A stretch of 64,000 nt of DNA from the NCBI GenBank assembly GCA_965649765.1, contig OZ287748.1:107384001-107448000 (forward strand). The letters are read 5' to 3'. Below, piece after piece: positions 28,701-43,700 of this stretch. Origin of the DNA: Bispira polyomma (Eukaryota). The notes under the pieces were generated by a model. That model was given only the letters and a program-made list of their open reading frames with translations, searched no databases and was not told the origin of the DNA. How positions within the stretch are numbered: position 1 is the stretch's first letter; every line of letters begins with the position of its first letter. The position numbers were made by a program, and so were the translations under genes.

Positions 28701-31700
28701 CAATTAACAGAACAAAGAAAAAGTGTTCACTATTGGGATGTGTTATTGGGATGTGTTATTGGGATGTGTTCACTATTGGGAGGTGTTCACTGTGGGGATG
28801 TGTTCACTATCGGGAAGTGTTCACTGTGGGGATGTGTTCACTATCGGGAGGTGTTCACTATGGGGATGTGTTCACTGTGGGGATGTGTTCACTATCGGGA
28901 GGTGTTCACTATGGGGAGGTGTTCACTGTGGAGATGTGTTCACTATTGGGAGGTGTTCACTATGGGGATGTGTTCACTATCGGGATGTGTTCACTATGAA
29001 TGTGTTAACTACGGGGAGGTGTTCACTATTGGAATGTGTTTACTATGGGGAGGTGTTCACTATTGGGATGTGTTCATTATGGGGATGTGGTCACTGTGGG
29101 GAGGTGTTCACTATGTGTATGTGTTTACTATGGGGATGGGTTCACTATGGGGAGGTGTTTACCATTGGGATGTGTTCACTATGGGGATGTGTTCACTATG
29201 GAAATGTGTTAACTATGGGGAGGTGTTCAATATTGAGATGTGTTGACTATGGGGATGTGTTCACTATGGAGATGTGTTCACTATGGGGAGGTGCTCACTA
29301 TGGGGATCTGTTCACTATTGGGACGTGTTCACAATGGGGATGTATTCACTATTTGGATATGTTAACTATTGGGAGGTGTTCACTATTGAGATGTGTTCAC
29401 TATTAGAATGTGTTCACTATAGGGATGGGTTCACTATGGGGAAGTGTTCACTATGGGGATGTGTTCACTTTGGAGATGTGTTCACCATGGGGAGGTGTTC
29501 ACTATCAGAGGTTTACTGTAGTTATAGAACATTCCTGGCACACTATTGTTGGTAGTTACATTTATACATATAATACGATCAATAAAGTTGACCAATTTAC
29601 CTGCAGAGAATCTATTGATCAAAACAGTTCAGGTAAGGATAAGACATACATAAGTTTGTTAGTTAATTATACTTAAGGGAGTAATAGTGAAAATTGTTAT
29701 CCAGCCGTGAGGGTTGCATCTTCATTTTATTTTTTGTCATGTGATCTGGTCTTGAACAATCAGAAAATCAGGATATCATTGTAGTATGCAAGGTCTAGGT
29801 GTGTATAAAACACACGTCATCCTATATAAGCATGCTGTTACACATATTCTCACTATCTGACTTCACACGTCATCCATTATAAGCCAGTTATTACACCTAT
29901 GTTTACTATCTGACTTCACACGTCATCCTATATAAGCATGCTGTTACACATATTCTCACTATCTGACTTCACACGTCATCCATTATAAGCCAGTTATTAC
30001 ACCTATGTTTACTATCTGACTTCACACGTCATCCAATATAAGCCAGTTATTACACCTATGTTTACTATCTGACTTCACACGTCATCCTTTATAAGCCAGT
30101 TATTACACTGGTTTAATTACCAACTCACCACAAACCTCATCCTTTACAAAGTAGTTCTGTGGACAAACACAAACACCGGACACACATATGGCGTTGTCAG
30201 CAGAACACACAGCACCGGGCTGGCAGGGAGCATAGATTGAACCCCGACTCTTACTAGAGATACACCTAAAATATTACAGGTATAACATTGTAGTATGTAA
30301 ACAATGTATGAACTTAGGACGGTAAAGTGACCAGTAGTTGTGTGATATTAGAGATAAATACATATTACATGTACAGCATTGCAGTAAGTAAACAATGTAT
30401 GAACTTAGGACGGTGAAGTGACCAGTAGTTGTGTGATATTAGAGATAAATACATATTACATGTACAGCATTGCAGTAAGTAAACAATGTATGAACTTAGA
30501 ATGGTGAAGTGACCAGTAGTTGTGTGATATTAGAGATAAATACATATTACATGTACAGCATTGCAGTAAGTAAACAATGTATGAACTTAGAACGGTGAAG
30601 TGACCAGTAGTTGTGTGATATTAGAGATAAATACATATTACATGTACAGCATTGCAGTAAGGAAACAATGTATGAACTTAGGACGGTGAAGTGACCAGTA
30701 GTTGTGTGATATTAGAGATAAATTTGAATTTGAATTTGGATATTTAACGTCCACTCTAGTACCTTTTAGTAGGTTATATTGGGACGGGTAGTTGGAAACG
30801 CTGGAGGAAACACTGCATACAGTCGGTCAAGGTTCTGCAGAGAAACCAGCGGCCCACAGTAAGGAACTACCACCTTTCCCACATAGGCATCGACGGGATT
30901 CGAACTCACGCCGCCCAGAGGTGAGAGACCAGTGATTGTGAAGCGCAATGCTTGCTAACCACTAGGCCACCGCGGCCCTATTAGAGATAAATACATATTA
31001 CATGTACAGCATTGCACTAAGAAAACAATGTATAAACTTAGAATGGTGAAGTGACCAGTAGTTGTGTGATATTAGAGATAAATACATATTACATGTACAG
31101 CATTGCAGTAAGGAAACAATGTATGAACTTAGAACGGTGAAGTGACCAGTAGTTGTGTGATATTAGAGATAAATACATATTACATGTACAGCATTGCAGT
31201 AAGTAAACAATGTATGAACTTAGGACGGTGAAGTGACCAGTAGTTGTGTGATATTAGAGATAAATACATATTACATGTACAGCATTGCAGTATGTGAACA
31301 ATGTATGAACTTAGAACGGTGAAGTGACCAGTAGTTGTGTGATATTAGAGATAAATACATATTACATGTACAGCATTGCAGTAAGTAAACAATGTATGAA
31401 CTTAGAACGGTGAAGTGACCAGTAGTTGTGTGATATTAGAGATAAATACATATTACATGTACAGCATTGCAGTAAGTAAACAATGTATGAACTTAGAACG
31501 GTGAAGTGACCAGTAGTTGTGTGATATTAGAGATAAATACATATTACATGTATAGCATTGCAGTAAGTAAACAATGTATGAACTTAGGACGGTGAAGTGA
31601 CCAGTAGTTGTGTGATATTAGAGATAAATACATATTACATGTACAGCATTGCAGTAAGGAAACAATGTATGAACTTAGGACGGTGAAGTGACCAGTAGTT

Positions 31701-34700
31701 GTGTGATATTAGAGATAAATACATATTACATGTACAGCATTGCAGTAAGGAAACAATGTATGAACTTAGAACGGTGAAGTGACCAGTAGTTGTGTGATAT
31801 TAGAGATAAATACATATTACATGTACAGCATTGCAGTAAGTAAACAATGTATGAACTTAGAACGGTGAAGTGACCAGTAGTTGTGTGATATTAGAGATAA
31901 ATACATATTACATGTATAGCATTGCAGTAAGTAAACAATGTATGAACTTAGGACGGTGAAGTGACCAGTAGTTGTGTGATATTAGAGATAAATACATATT
32001 ACATGTACAGCATTGCAGTAAGGAAACAATGTATGAACTTAGGACGGTGAAGTGACCAGTAGTTGTGTGATATTAGAGATAAATACATATTACATGTACA
32101 GCATTGCAGTAAGGAAACAATGTATGAACTTAGAACGGTGAAGTGACCAGTAGTTGTGTGATATTAGAGATAAATACATATTACATGTATAGCATTGCAG
32201 TAAGTAAACAATGTATGAACTTAGGACGGTGAAGTGACCAGTAGTTGTGTGATATTAGAGATAAATACATATTACATGTACAGCATTGCAGTAAGGAAAC
32301 AATGTATGAACTTAGGACGGTGAAGTGACCAGTAGTTGTGTGATATTAGAGATAAATACATATTACATGTACAGCATTGCAGTAAGGAAACAATGTATGA
32401 ACTTAGGACGGTGAAGTGACCAGTAGTTGTGTGATATTAGAGATAAATACATATTACATGTACAGCATTGCAGTATGTGAACAATATGATCAAAATTTCT
32501 ACCTGTTGTTAGGTAAGTTGTGTAGATTACTAACCAACTGGTAAGGAGGTTCAAACTCTGTGTGTCCATTACTAACCTGTTACTGTGTACATTACTAATC
32601 TGTTACTGTATACATTAATAACATATTAATGTCTACGTTACTAACATGTTATTGTATACATTACTGATATGTTGCTGTGTACATTATTTACCCGTTACTA
32701 TGTTCATTACTAACGTGTTGCAATGCCCATTACTTACCTGTTACTGTATACATTACTAACATATTATTGTGTACATTACCAACATGTTACTGTATACATT
32801 ACTGATATGTTACTGTATACATTACTAACCTGTTGCAATGTCCATTACTAACCTGTTACTGCATGCATTACTAACCTGTTACAATATTCATTACTAACGT
32901 GTTACTGTATACATTACTAACATGTTACTGTGTACATTACTAACCTGTTACTATGTCCATTACTATCTGCTTACTGTGTACATTACTAACCTGTTACTAT
33001 GTACATCACTAACATGTTACTGTATACATTACTATCATGTTACTGTGTACATTATTTATCTGTTACTATGTCCATCCTGTTACTCTGTCTACTACTGACT
33101 TGTTACTTTTTACATTAATAACCTGTTACTGTGTACATTACTAACCTGTTACCATGTATATTACTGACCTGTTACTGAGTACATTACTAATTTGTTACAC
33201 TGTCTACATTACTAACCTGTTACAGTGTATATTACTAACATGTTACTGTGTACATTACTAACACTGTATACATGACTCACCTGTTACTGAGTAGGTTAAA
33301 GTTCTCCCTACACTCACACATACTGTCACTACACCAGGCGTTGTTGTCCACACACACGTCTCTCTCACTACATGTCTTTCCAACACCTATCATCCCCACA
33401 CACAGACCGCCAACATCAAAGTAACCCTGACGACACTGACACTGTCCCAGCCAGCAGATGGCGTTAGGGTCCGAGCACTGGTCACCTGTAAAACAGGTGG
33501 CCCACAGTCCCAGGTAGGGCACACAGAAGCCTTGTTGGAGGTAGAAGCCTGGTTTACAGGAGCAGATACCAGACTGACAGTGGGTGTGGGGGTTGAGGCA
33601 GATACTGGTCTCTAGACAGGGAGTGCGTAACATGCCACGGGGGTAACACTGACCCTGGTATCTGTAATACTGAGAGCCACACATACACTGACCCCGACTA
33701 CACCCAGAAAACCGGTCCAGACACACGTCACCCACTGTACAGCCAGAGCCCAGGGATAACTTGGGTGTACATAATCCTGACTTAAGGTAGAAGTGGCTGT
33801 GGCAGACACAGATACCATTATGACAGTGAGCATTGGGGTCATCACAGGTGAGGCCATTGACACACAAAGCAAAGACCAGGCCAGCACCGACTGAGAGGGC
33901 ACAGTTACCATGATGTGATATAAACTCTCCTCTACATAGACAGCTACCGTTATGACAGGAAGCATTAGGGTCACTGCACACATCATCCTTCTCACACGGG
34001 TAATGGAGCTCTATGGCCGGTGTACACGCGGCATTCTTGATAAAGTAACCTTGTTTACACAGACACAGTCCTCTTTCACACATCGTGTTTGTATCTGTAC
34101 AACCGTCATTTCCTACAGCCGCCAGTTTACAAGGCGATTCCAGCTTACCACGCGCAGTACATTGGCTTAATCGGGGGTAATAGTCCTGGCGACAGACACA
34201 GTAACCATGGAGACAAGCGGCATACTCATTAGAACACTCGTCATCCATGCTACACACCTGTTCTAGCGTCTTTTTACGTAGACATAAAGCTCGGGATGGA
34301 AAGTAAGATGGTCGACAGTTACACACTGAATTCTGACAGCTCATGCTACTGCTACTACAGACAGATCCAGGGAGACACTGGGAGCCTAGGGATCCAGGTT
34401 TGACTGAAATACAAACATGAAATAATGTGAGATCCCCTGGATGTAAAACATTAAATATTGTAAGATCCCCTCGATGTAAAACATTAAATATTGTGAGATC
34501 CCCTGGATGCAAAACATTAAATAATGTGAGATCCCCTGGATGTAAAACATTAAATATTGTAAGATCCCCTGGATGTTAAACATTAAATATTGTGATCTCT
34601 CTTGGTATAACAATGATATAAGTGAAAATGATTTTTATGTACCCAAATAGCATCAGGTTGGAATACTATTGATAGCTGACATAGTAGATAATGAAGGAGA

Positions 34701-37700
34701 AGTACTTCCATTCAATGAAATTAAAAAAAAAAATCTATAATATCCCATCATCTTCTGTATTTGACTATTATAGAGTCAAAGGGCCGGTAAGCAAATTTAA
34801 TACTCAGAGCAACAGTTACAGAAACTTTCAGCAATTGGGCCCCCAATACTTTCTTTTCACATGAGAATATTAAAAAGGTCAACTAAAGGAGCAAGAGACA
34901 TGTATGTTGCTTTGAATAAAGTTCCTGATCTTTCTTTGTGTCTAAGTGAGGAGAATTGGAAACAAATATTTAAGGCTTGCTTTCCAACTGTCAGTGATAA
35001 TACTCTGAAATGGTTCCAGTATTAAGTAATTCATAGGATCCTCGGAACTAAAAAACTAAGACTAAGAATGTAATTAGAGAACTGTGATAGATGTAGACTG
35101 TATAATACTATATAGAGGAATCTCTAATGCATCTGTTTTACAACTGCGAAATTACCCAGATTTTCTTGAAAAAGGTTACTGATTGGGTAAAAGGTATAAT
35201 AAATTTAATATTGCCAGTAAATTCATTAAATTTATTTTAGGATATCAAAGCAATGATCAAAACTATATTTCTATCAATATCATTTTCTTTCTGACGAAGC
35301 AGTATATTTTTTCATGTGCTTATTCAAATCGTCTTCCAAGTCTAACAGAGTTTAAATTTAGGCCAATTGAAACCTTTAAAGAACAGGAACTGTTGTCAAA
35401 AATAAACTTGTGTGAAGAAAAATTTAATTCTTTCTTTCAAAAACAGAAACTGCTCTATGAAACAAGTGACACTTATATAGTTATCTAATACAATTTTTTT
35501 CTTTTTCATTTATCCATTTTATAAATCACTAACTTTAGCTGGCATTACTGATGTATGAACATTGTATTTTTATATACTGTACAGAAATCTGATTTACATT
35601 CCAGGGATATACAACATAAAATATTGTGACATCCCCTGGATGTAAAACATTACATATTGTGAGATCCCAGGAATCTTAGGTACATATGAGGGATATACAA
35701 CATCACATAATGGAAGATCTCCAGGAATCTGACATTATCAAATAATGTAAGATCTCCAGGAATCTGAGTTACATCCGAAGGATATACATTATCAAATAAT
35801 GTATGATCTCCAGGAATCTGAGTTACACTGAAATGCAACATGAAATAACGCAAGATCCCAAGGAGCCAGATTTTACTGAATTTCAACACAAAACCAGGTG
35901 AAACCCGAGGAATATGCAATAGCCTAGGTAATGTAAGATCCTAGGTAGCTGGGTATGACTGAAATCTCACATAAATTCAGATCTCAGGGTTTTACGAAAA
36001 TACATCAAATAATGATCCTTTGAGATATGCAGCATCACATAATGTGAGATCCCCGTGATATATCACATCAAACAATGTGAGATCTCAGATATCTGGATTT
36101 GCCTGAACTACAAAATTAATTAATTAAATATCCTAGGAAGCCTGGTTTTACTGATTATATAAGAACAAGAGTCTGATCTAAGGGACCCTGGTTTTACTGA
36201 TTATACAAGAACAAAAGTCTGATCTAAGGAACCCTGGTTTTACTGATTATACAAGAACAAAAGTCTGATCTAAGGAACCCTGGTTTTACTGATTATACAA
36301 GAACAAAGGTCTGATCTAAGGAACCCTGGTTTTACTGCAATACAAGAACAAGAGTCTGATCTAAGGAACCCTGGTTTTACTGATTATACAAAAACAAGAG
36401 TCTGATCTGAGGAACCCTGGTTTTACTGATTATACAAAAACAAGAGTCTGATCTAAGGAACCCTGGTTTTACTGATTATACAAAAACAAGAGTCTGATCT
36501 AAGGAACCCTGGTTATACTGCAATACAAGAACAAGAGTCTGATCTAAGGAACCCTGGTTTTACTAAATATACATCAAATAATTTTGACTCATTGGAACAC
36601 ATCAAATAACTGTGACCTTTTGTTCTTTATTATCCACCTGTTGTTGGGAATTTATTATACACTCTATTGGTAACTTACCTCACACGTTGTCTGTTGGTAA
36701 CTTACCTCACACGTTGTCTGTCCGCTGGTAGCTTACCACGCATGTTATCTGTCTGCTGGTAACTTACCACACATGTTATCTGTCTGTTGGTAACTTACCA
36801 CACATGTTATCTGTCTGCTGGTAACTTACCACATATGTTATCTGTCTGTTGGTAACTTACCACACATGTTGTCTGCTGGTAACTTACCACACATGTTATC
36901 TGTCTGTTGGTAACTTACCACACATGTTATCTGTCTGCTGGTAACTTACCACACATGTTATCTGTCTGCTGGTAACTTACCACACATGTTATCTGTCTGT
37001 TGGTAACTTACCACACATGTTATCTGTCTGCTGGTAGCCGGGCTGACAACCACAAGAGCCGCTAGCACACACGGCATGACTGTCTAGACATTCGTCAGAA
37101 TCAGAGCAGGAGGCGCCAAGGAGTTGACGGCGTACACATACAGCAGATCTGAGAAACAAACACACAAAACACCAAATGTGATCAAACAGTAGACATACAC
37201 TGGATCACATACAGCGTAAACAGTAAACACTCAAAACACCATGTTATCAAACAGAAGACATACACTGGACCACATACAACGATTAACGTTTTGGATTTGT
37301 TGCGCCTTAGAATTTGTTGTACAAAGATTAAGCGCTATAAAAGTACGACTAGATTAGATTAGATTAGATTACAGAGTAAACAGTACACACAAGCGCTCAA
37401 ACCACCATGTGATAAAACAGTACACGGTGGTAATTAGTACAGAAAATACTCAGTACCTGGTCAAAAATAGTAAACATAAGTCTATTGAAGACGTTTATCA
37501 GATGTTTTTATACTATTCTATTCATTTACAGGGTTTACAACAAGACTTGTTTTATTATGAGCAACAATATGTGTCATTGGCTCAAACAAAGTCACGAGAT
37601 CAATCATGGTATAGCACCTGGTTAACCTTTTATACCTACTGTTTCTGCAGGATATTTACAACAGTATCCCTTTACCAACACCAGAATGTTATTTTTGTTT

Positions 37701-40700
37701 GCACAATGGAACATTTATACACAGTTTAACCCTACTTGTATAACAGGAGTTCAGGAGGTTTATAAACAGTGTCAACACAATATTCAGTTGGCCTCTGGTC
37801 AGGTGAAATTACTTAGGTGCTGTAAATAGGTGCTGTAAATATGCATACAATAACTGAGATGTATTTACCTCTCAAAGAAGGCGTTCCTGCACTGACACAA
37901 TCCCTGTACACACTTGGCGTTCCTGTCAGTACAGTACAGTCCATACATACAAGGTGCGTGCAGGTCTCCTTTGTTCAGACATGTGGTGAGGTCTGCGCTG
38001 TAGTATGAGGAGTGACATAGACACGTATTGTTAATACACACAGCATTCATATCCTCACACGTCCGTCTGACATCACAGGGAGAGTAAAGAGGCTGTCCCT
38101 GGTCCCCTGGGGCAGGAGTAGTACCAGGAAGTATGTCCCCAGGGACACACGTCTCACCCATGGCATGGAACCCAGTCCTACATACGCAGAGATTTAAGTC
38201 ACAAATCTGTAAGTTATCGATACATACATTGCCCTCTAAACAAGCTGCATGTAATAAGCCCTCAGATTGACAGGCCCCCGCCTTATCGGTGTAATAGCCA
38301 TTCTGACAGTTACAACTGCCTCTCTCACAGACACCATTCCTGTCCCTACACAGTTCACCAGAGGAACATGGCTCTCCTAGGGGAATACGTGGTACACACA
38401 CCAAGTTCTTATCAAAGTGGTGAGGGACACACTTACAGAGTCCATTGTTACAGAAGGTATTCTCTCCTAGACACACCTCATTGGGTAGACACTGACCATC
38501 TAACTGTCCCTGAGAGCCAGTACGTGTACACTGACCATCTAAGTTAGAGAAGTCATCTATACACAGACATAGACCTCGATGGCAGGTAGCGTATGGGTCC
38601 TGACACACATCTCTAGGTGTACACACCTTACCTAACGGAATCTTACTCTCACAAGTCTCACCCTTCACATAGGCCCCCTCATGACACACACAAAACGTAG
38701 CAGCACAGTAAGTAAACTCATCAACACACTGCTCTGACCTCGAGTCCTGGGGTAGACAAGGTGTATCGTAACGGCCCCTCTCTCGACACACTCCATCACG
38801 CTCAAAGAAGTTCTCCCGACACACGCAGATTCCGTACATGCAGATGGCATTAAAATCAGCACAGGACTCGCCCGGTAGACATGGTAAACCTAACTGACCC
38901 TGTCCCTTACAAATAGAGTCTTCTTGGAAGAAACTTGGGCGACACATACAGACGCTATCGCGCCCACATTCAGCGTTGTCATCAAAACAGACTTCTCCTC
39001 CAGAACAGGCGGCAAGCAGAGGGATTTTAGGGAGGCAGACTCCGGACTTTTCAAAATAAGCTGGCTGGCATTTACAGACACCTTGTGTACAGTAAGAATT
39101 GTCTGGTAAACAGGTGCCTTCAGGTAAACAGGCCGCATCTAGAGTACCACGGTCATCACCAGACACTACAATATATATGTAAACAATGTTAGTAAATATG
39201 AAATTATCACAGGAAGTGCAACAGGTATAAAGAAGTATTACATACAGTTAGCTAAACAGGGTCTTATTAGACAATAAAATAGACTTGCCATCCAGTAACA
39301 TGTATTGGAACTGTACAGAGTTGGAACTGGTTTGTTGACAAAAGAAATATTTTTCATTCATGAATGAAAAAATAAGATTACATTAACTCATTTTTAGTCT
39401 CCCAAATTCATACTTTACTTTTGGTTCTACAGTAATACTTATTATTATTTTTTTGTTTGTTATGAAACACTGATACACGCTTACACACAATGAGAAGGCC
39501 CTTATATAGACATATATATTGCTCCTACCACAAACGCCATGTGATGCGCTGTAACCTTGACGACACTGACATCTGGAGGCCACACACTCGGCCCTCTCAT
39601 CTAAACACTGGTCATCTGACCTACAGAGCTCACCAAGGTCACTGCGGGGAACTGTAGACACAGGAGGAGTAAGGTAATGATGAAACATGTAGTAAATAAC
39701 AGTAATAATGGTAAATATAAAATAGAACAAACCCTCAGAACTTCCAAATCAGAGGGTAGGCGAAGATAGGGTGTATATTTGAAAAGAGCACTGGAGTCAT
39801 TGATTGTTATCTCAAGGAATTTTAGGTTATACAGCACTGACAAAAGATAACAAGTCTGTATGTATCAAGCTGAATATGGAGGTTTCTTTATTACATAGCA
39901 GTATGGTATAACAGGGTGTTATGTCACTCTCTATATGGTAGTATGGTATAACAGGGTGTTATGTCATATTATATATGGTAGTGTGGTATAACAGGGTGTT
40001 ATGTCACTCTATATATGGTAGTAAATGTGTCATAATAACAGTGACACTCTGGTGACACAAATAATGCTACTTGTAAAATATATCAGTAAGCTGTCCACTT
40101 CCCCTGCTCGTGATGATATCAATGTACCACTCTATATGTATAGAAAGTAACCCTTCTGTTACCTGTGTATATCAATGTGATACTGTATGTGTATAGAAAG
40201 TAACTCATCTGTTACCAGTGTATATCAATGTGATACTGTATGTGTATAGAAAGTAACCCCTGTGTTACCAGTGTATATCAATGTGATACTGTATATGTAT
40301 AGAAAGTAACCTCTTTGTTACCAGTGTATATCAATGTGACACTGTATGTCTATAGAAAGTAACCCCTGTGTTACCAGTGTATATCAATGTGACACTGTAT
40401 GTGTATAGAAAGTAACCTCTCTGTCACCAGTGTATATCAATGTGACACTGTATATGTATAGAAAGTAACCCCTCTGTTACCCGTGTATATCAATGTGATA
40501 CTGTATGTGTCACCAGTGTATGTATGATTCTATGTACTAACCACATAGTCCTTCCTTGTCCACTGCCTGCTGAGAACACACACAAATCTCTTGGCTACAC
40601 ACTGTGTTAGGGTCTGTACAGAGTCTACCAGCAAGACACGGGGTGTTAACACGACCCTTGCGTACTGAAACATAAAATAACGGGTTTTTACATGACCCGT

Positions 40701-43700
40701 ACATACTGTTATACAAAACATGTGGTGTTAACACGACCCTTGAGTACTGAAACATAAAATATGGGGTGTTAACACAAACCTTACATATTGAAACACAAAA
40801 CATGGGATATTAACAAGACCCGATGCCTTATGATCGAAACAAATTGCACATAATGCTTGGGGTGTTCTGGCAGAGATAAGGGCAGTGGTGGCATAGTGGT
40901 TGGAAGTGTCTACTTTACAGTATGCACTGCTTCCTAGTATGCACTTCTTTCCCCCTATCAGTAAAACTGCCCTTCATGATATGACCTGAACAATATGTTG
41001 ACATTAAAGCCCACTCAACCAATCAATCGATTATTTCTCTGGCTGACAAAATAAGACCTGTGCTGATGACACTGATGTAAAACCCAACTAAATTCTGAAT
41101 GAAATGGAACAAGGATTTGGAAGAAATTCACAAAACATTGTATGGCAATAATAGCGGTGTCAAAGTTACAAATACAATCAAACAAAAAGTTGCACATACA
41201 TTTTATCAAATGTTTATGAAATTCAAAAACACTTTTGCACTTTACGTTTCCAAGACAAAAAAATATTGTAAACAGTTAAAAAAAATGATTGCAACAATAA
41301 AAGTAGGGGAACACCCAGTACATCATGTTAAATATAATCAAAGAAACTTTGACCAGGAATAGTATGAACTTTTGGCTTTCTGACTGCCTGGAAGGAAGAA
41401 AACAGAACTGTAAAGGCAATTTGTGGTTGTTGTGGTATAAAAGGTTCTGTTAATTTGAGTGAAAAATCAGATGGCAAGTCACACAAAAGATGTTACACAA
41501 ACAACAAAACAATTGTTGTGTTTTAAAAGTCGGAGCAACAGAGAAAAATGCCTTCAACACATTTAAAACATGAATCAAGTAAAACACTGGAACAACAATG
41601 ATGTGTCAACAAACAGTGTGGGTATCTCCACTTGTATTGTTGTCCCAAACAATAGACTACATATCAAGTTAGATTCAATAAATATTGGATAACAACAGCA
41701 CACGAAGACCAAAACCATGTGGTGAATGTAGGGTGATAGTTAACCTTTCATGGTCACATGATTTCAATTCAGTGAATAGCATAGTTAATACACGGGTGGT
41801 AAGAATTCTGGCTGGTACGAATTCTGGACAATAAATAAAGTTATATGGAAATACCAGAAAATACACAGAAACTACCATGTCAAACTGAATATTTTGTAAC
41901 TTACTTTGACACTACTGAATGTCTTCTTACTAAAACAAGTGACAAAATATATAATAAATCATAATTTAAATGTATAGACACAGATACAAGTTCGTCCTAT
42001 ATATAGCATTTGCATATTGGTGTTTTGAGTACATCTACTTATTTGTTGTGGTGGCAAAGCAGTGACCTGATAAAATATTGTTTATTTTAGATTGAATTAA
42101 GAAAGTTATAGAAAAAAAATAATAATAACAGGAAATAAGATGAAGAAGCATACAGAAAAGCTATTTCTGCACATTGAATCACCAGGTGGCACTCAGCCTT
42201 GCACTTCCTACTAGGCACCAAACTGTCTAGAATTCATACCACTTGACTTGACATATAAACAAATTTAAAACCTTATTTTAAAGAATCTGTCAAAAGATGT
42301 TTCATTGATATTGATCTATGACAAGTGTTTCATGTATACCTATTTTAATACATTTTACTTTTAATTTTATCTTATGCAACATACTTAAATTTAAGTAAAA
42401 ACATCAAATTCTGTCCAGAATTCGTACCACCCGTGTAATGGTTTTAATGGCAGCCTCCCAGTGACCTGACTTTACCAACCGTTGACATCATTGTGGATGA
42501 AATAAACAACTCTTGTCCTAGAAAGTTGATCTCAAACATGCCTTCAGGAATATATTCACCAACCATCATGGCTACAACATTGTGGCCTTAAAATGATAAG
42601 AACACCTTTAGTTACCTGTCCTTGATGATGAGACATGAACACGGAATGCCAGTTTGTGGCAGCATGTGACAGACACAATTGTATGCATCATAATACAAAT
42701 ACGTTGGAAGGTGTACATAGCAAATTTTTTTCATTTCAATTCTGGTAAACACCTGTGCTATCTACCCTGAACACAAGTATAAATAGGTGTAAACATTTCC
42801 TCCAATATCCTCTGGTGTATCATCCCAACTAGTGGTTTTTCTATCAAATGTTGCCCCTATTTCTGTTTTTGTCTAACTAGATTCTGGCGTACAATCCACA
42901 ATTACATTAGTATTGTTCAACTCCTAGTTCTGAAAAAGTCAATATATGTCTAGTAACAGTGACAAAATGTATGTTTGCAAGTAAGGAAAAATATCCACAA
43001 CCAACAGTTCTCATAAAAGTGGCTTCAAAATTACTTCCTAAATATATATATATATCTCAAAGTAACACACTCTAGATCTGTCAAAGTACATAATCCATAA
43101 CTCTCACAGTACTTACAACATACTCCGTATCTCTCAAAGTACTGTTCAGTACATAAACAGGTTTGACCTTGACATTGTGCACTGTTGTCTGCACAGACAT
43201 CCCCGTCCTCACATCGAGCATTAAGTGGAAGTGTTGGTGCTGAAATATCGAGTGTCTTGTGAAATACCAGTATTTAACATGCACAAAACAACAAAATATC
43301 AAGTCAAGTCAGGTGTAACAGGGTATATGCTGAAGTTAACATTTCCTCAACACAAGTGCTATGACTAATCTGACAACAATCACTTTATTCATGAAACACC
43401 AGAAATAACTTTGTGATTTGAGTTATAACCTGACATACATTTAAGCGATGAAACTCCAATTTTGGTTTTTGTAGAAGTAGCTTTATGTCATGTGCTTATT
43501 TGAAACATGTAGTCTTACTACAATTGTGGCCTTTTCTCTGTGAGTTGACTTACACCTGACAGGAGAGTTTATTTGAGTTTATACACTTACTGCAGTGTTG
43601 GGTTTTATAGAAGTACCCGTATGTACACACACACTCCCTTCCTACACACTGGGCATTGGGGTCAGTACAGTGACCATCTGGTGAGCAGGGGTTGACCAGG

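Noticed and set aside
28622-28710. Extra exon ending ...NTLCLCP|gtgagt on the minus strand
   Set aside because: No six-Cys pattern, wrong phase, and no convincing acceptor; exons 24 and 25 already join in frame.
28583-29555. Cys/Gly/Trp-rich plus-strand ORFs up to 227 aa
   Set aside because: Stop-poor minisatellite open in all three frames, with no splice or start context.
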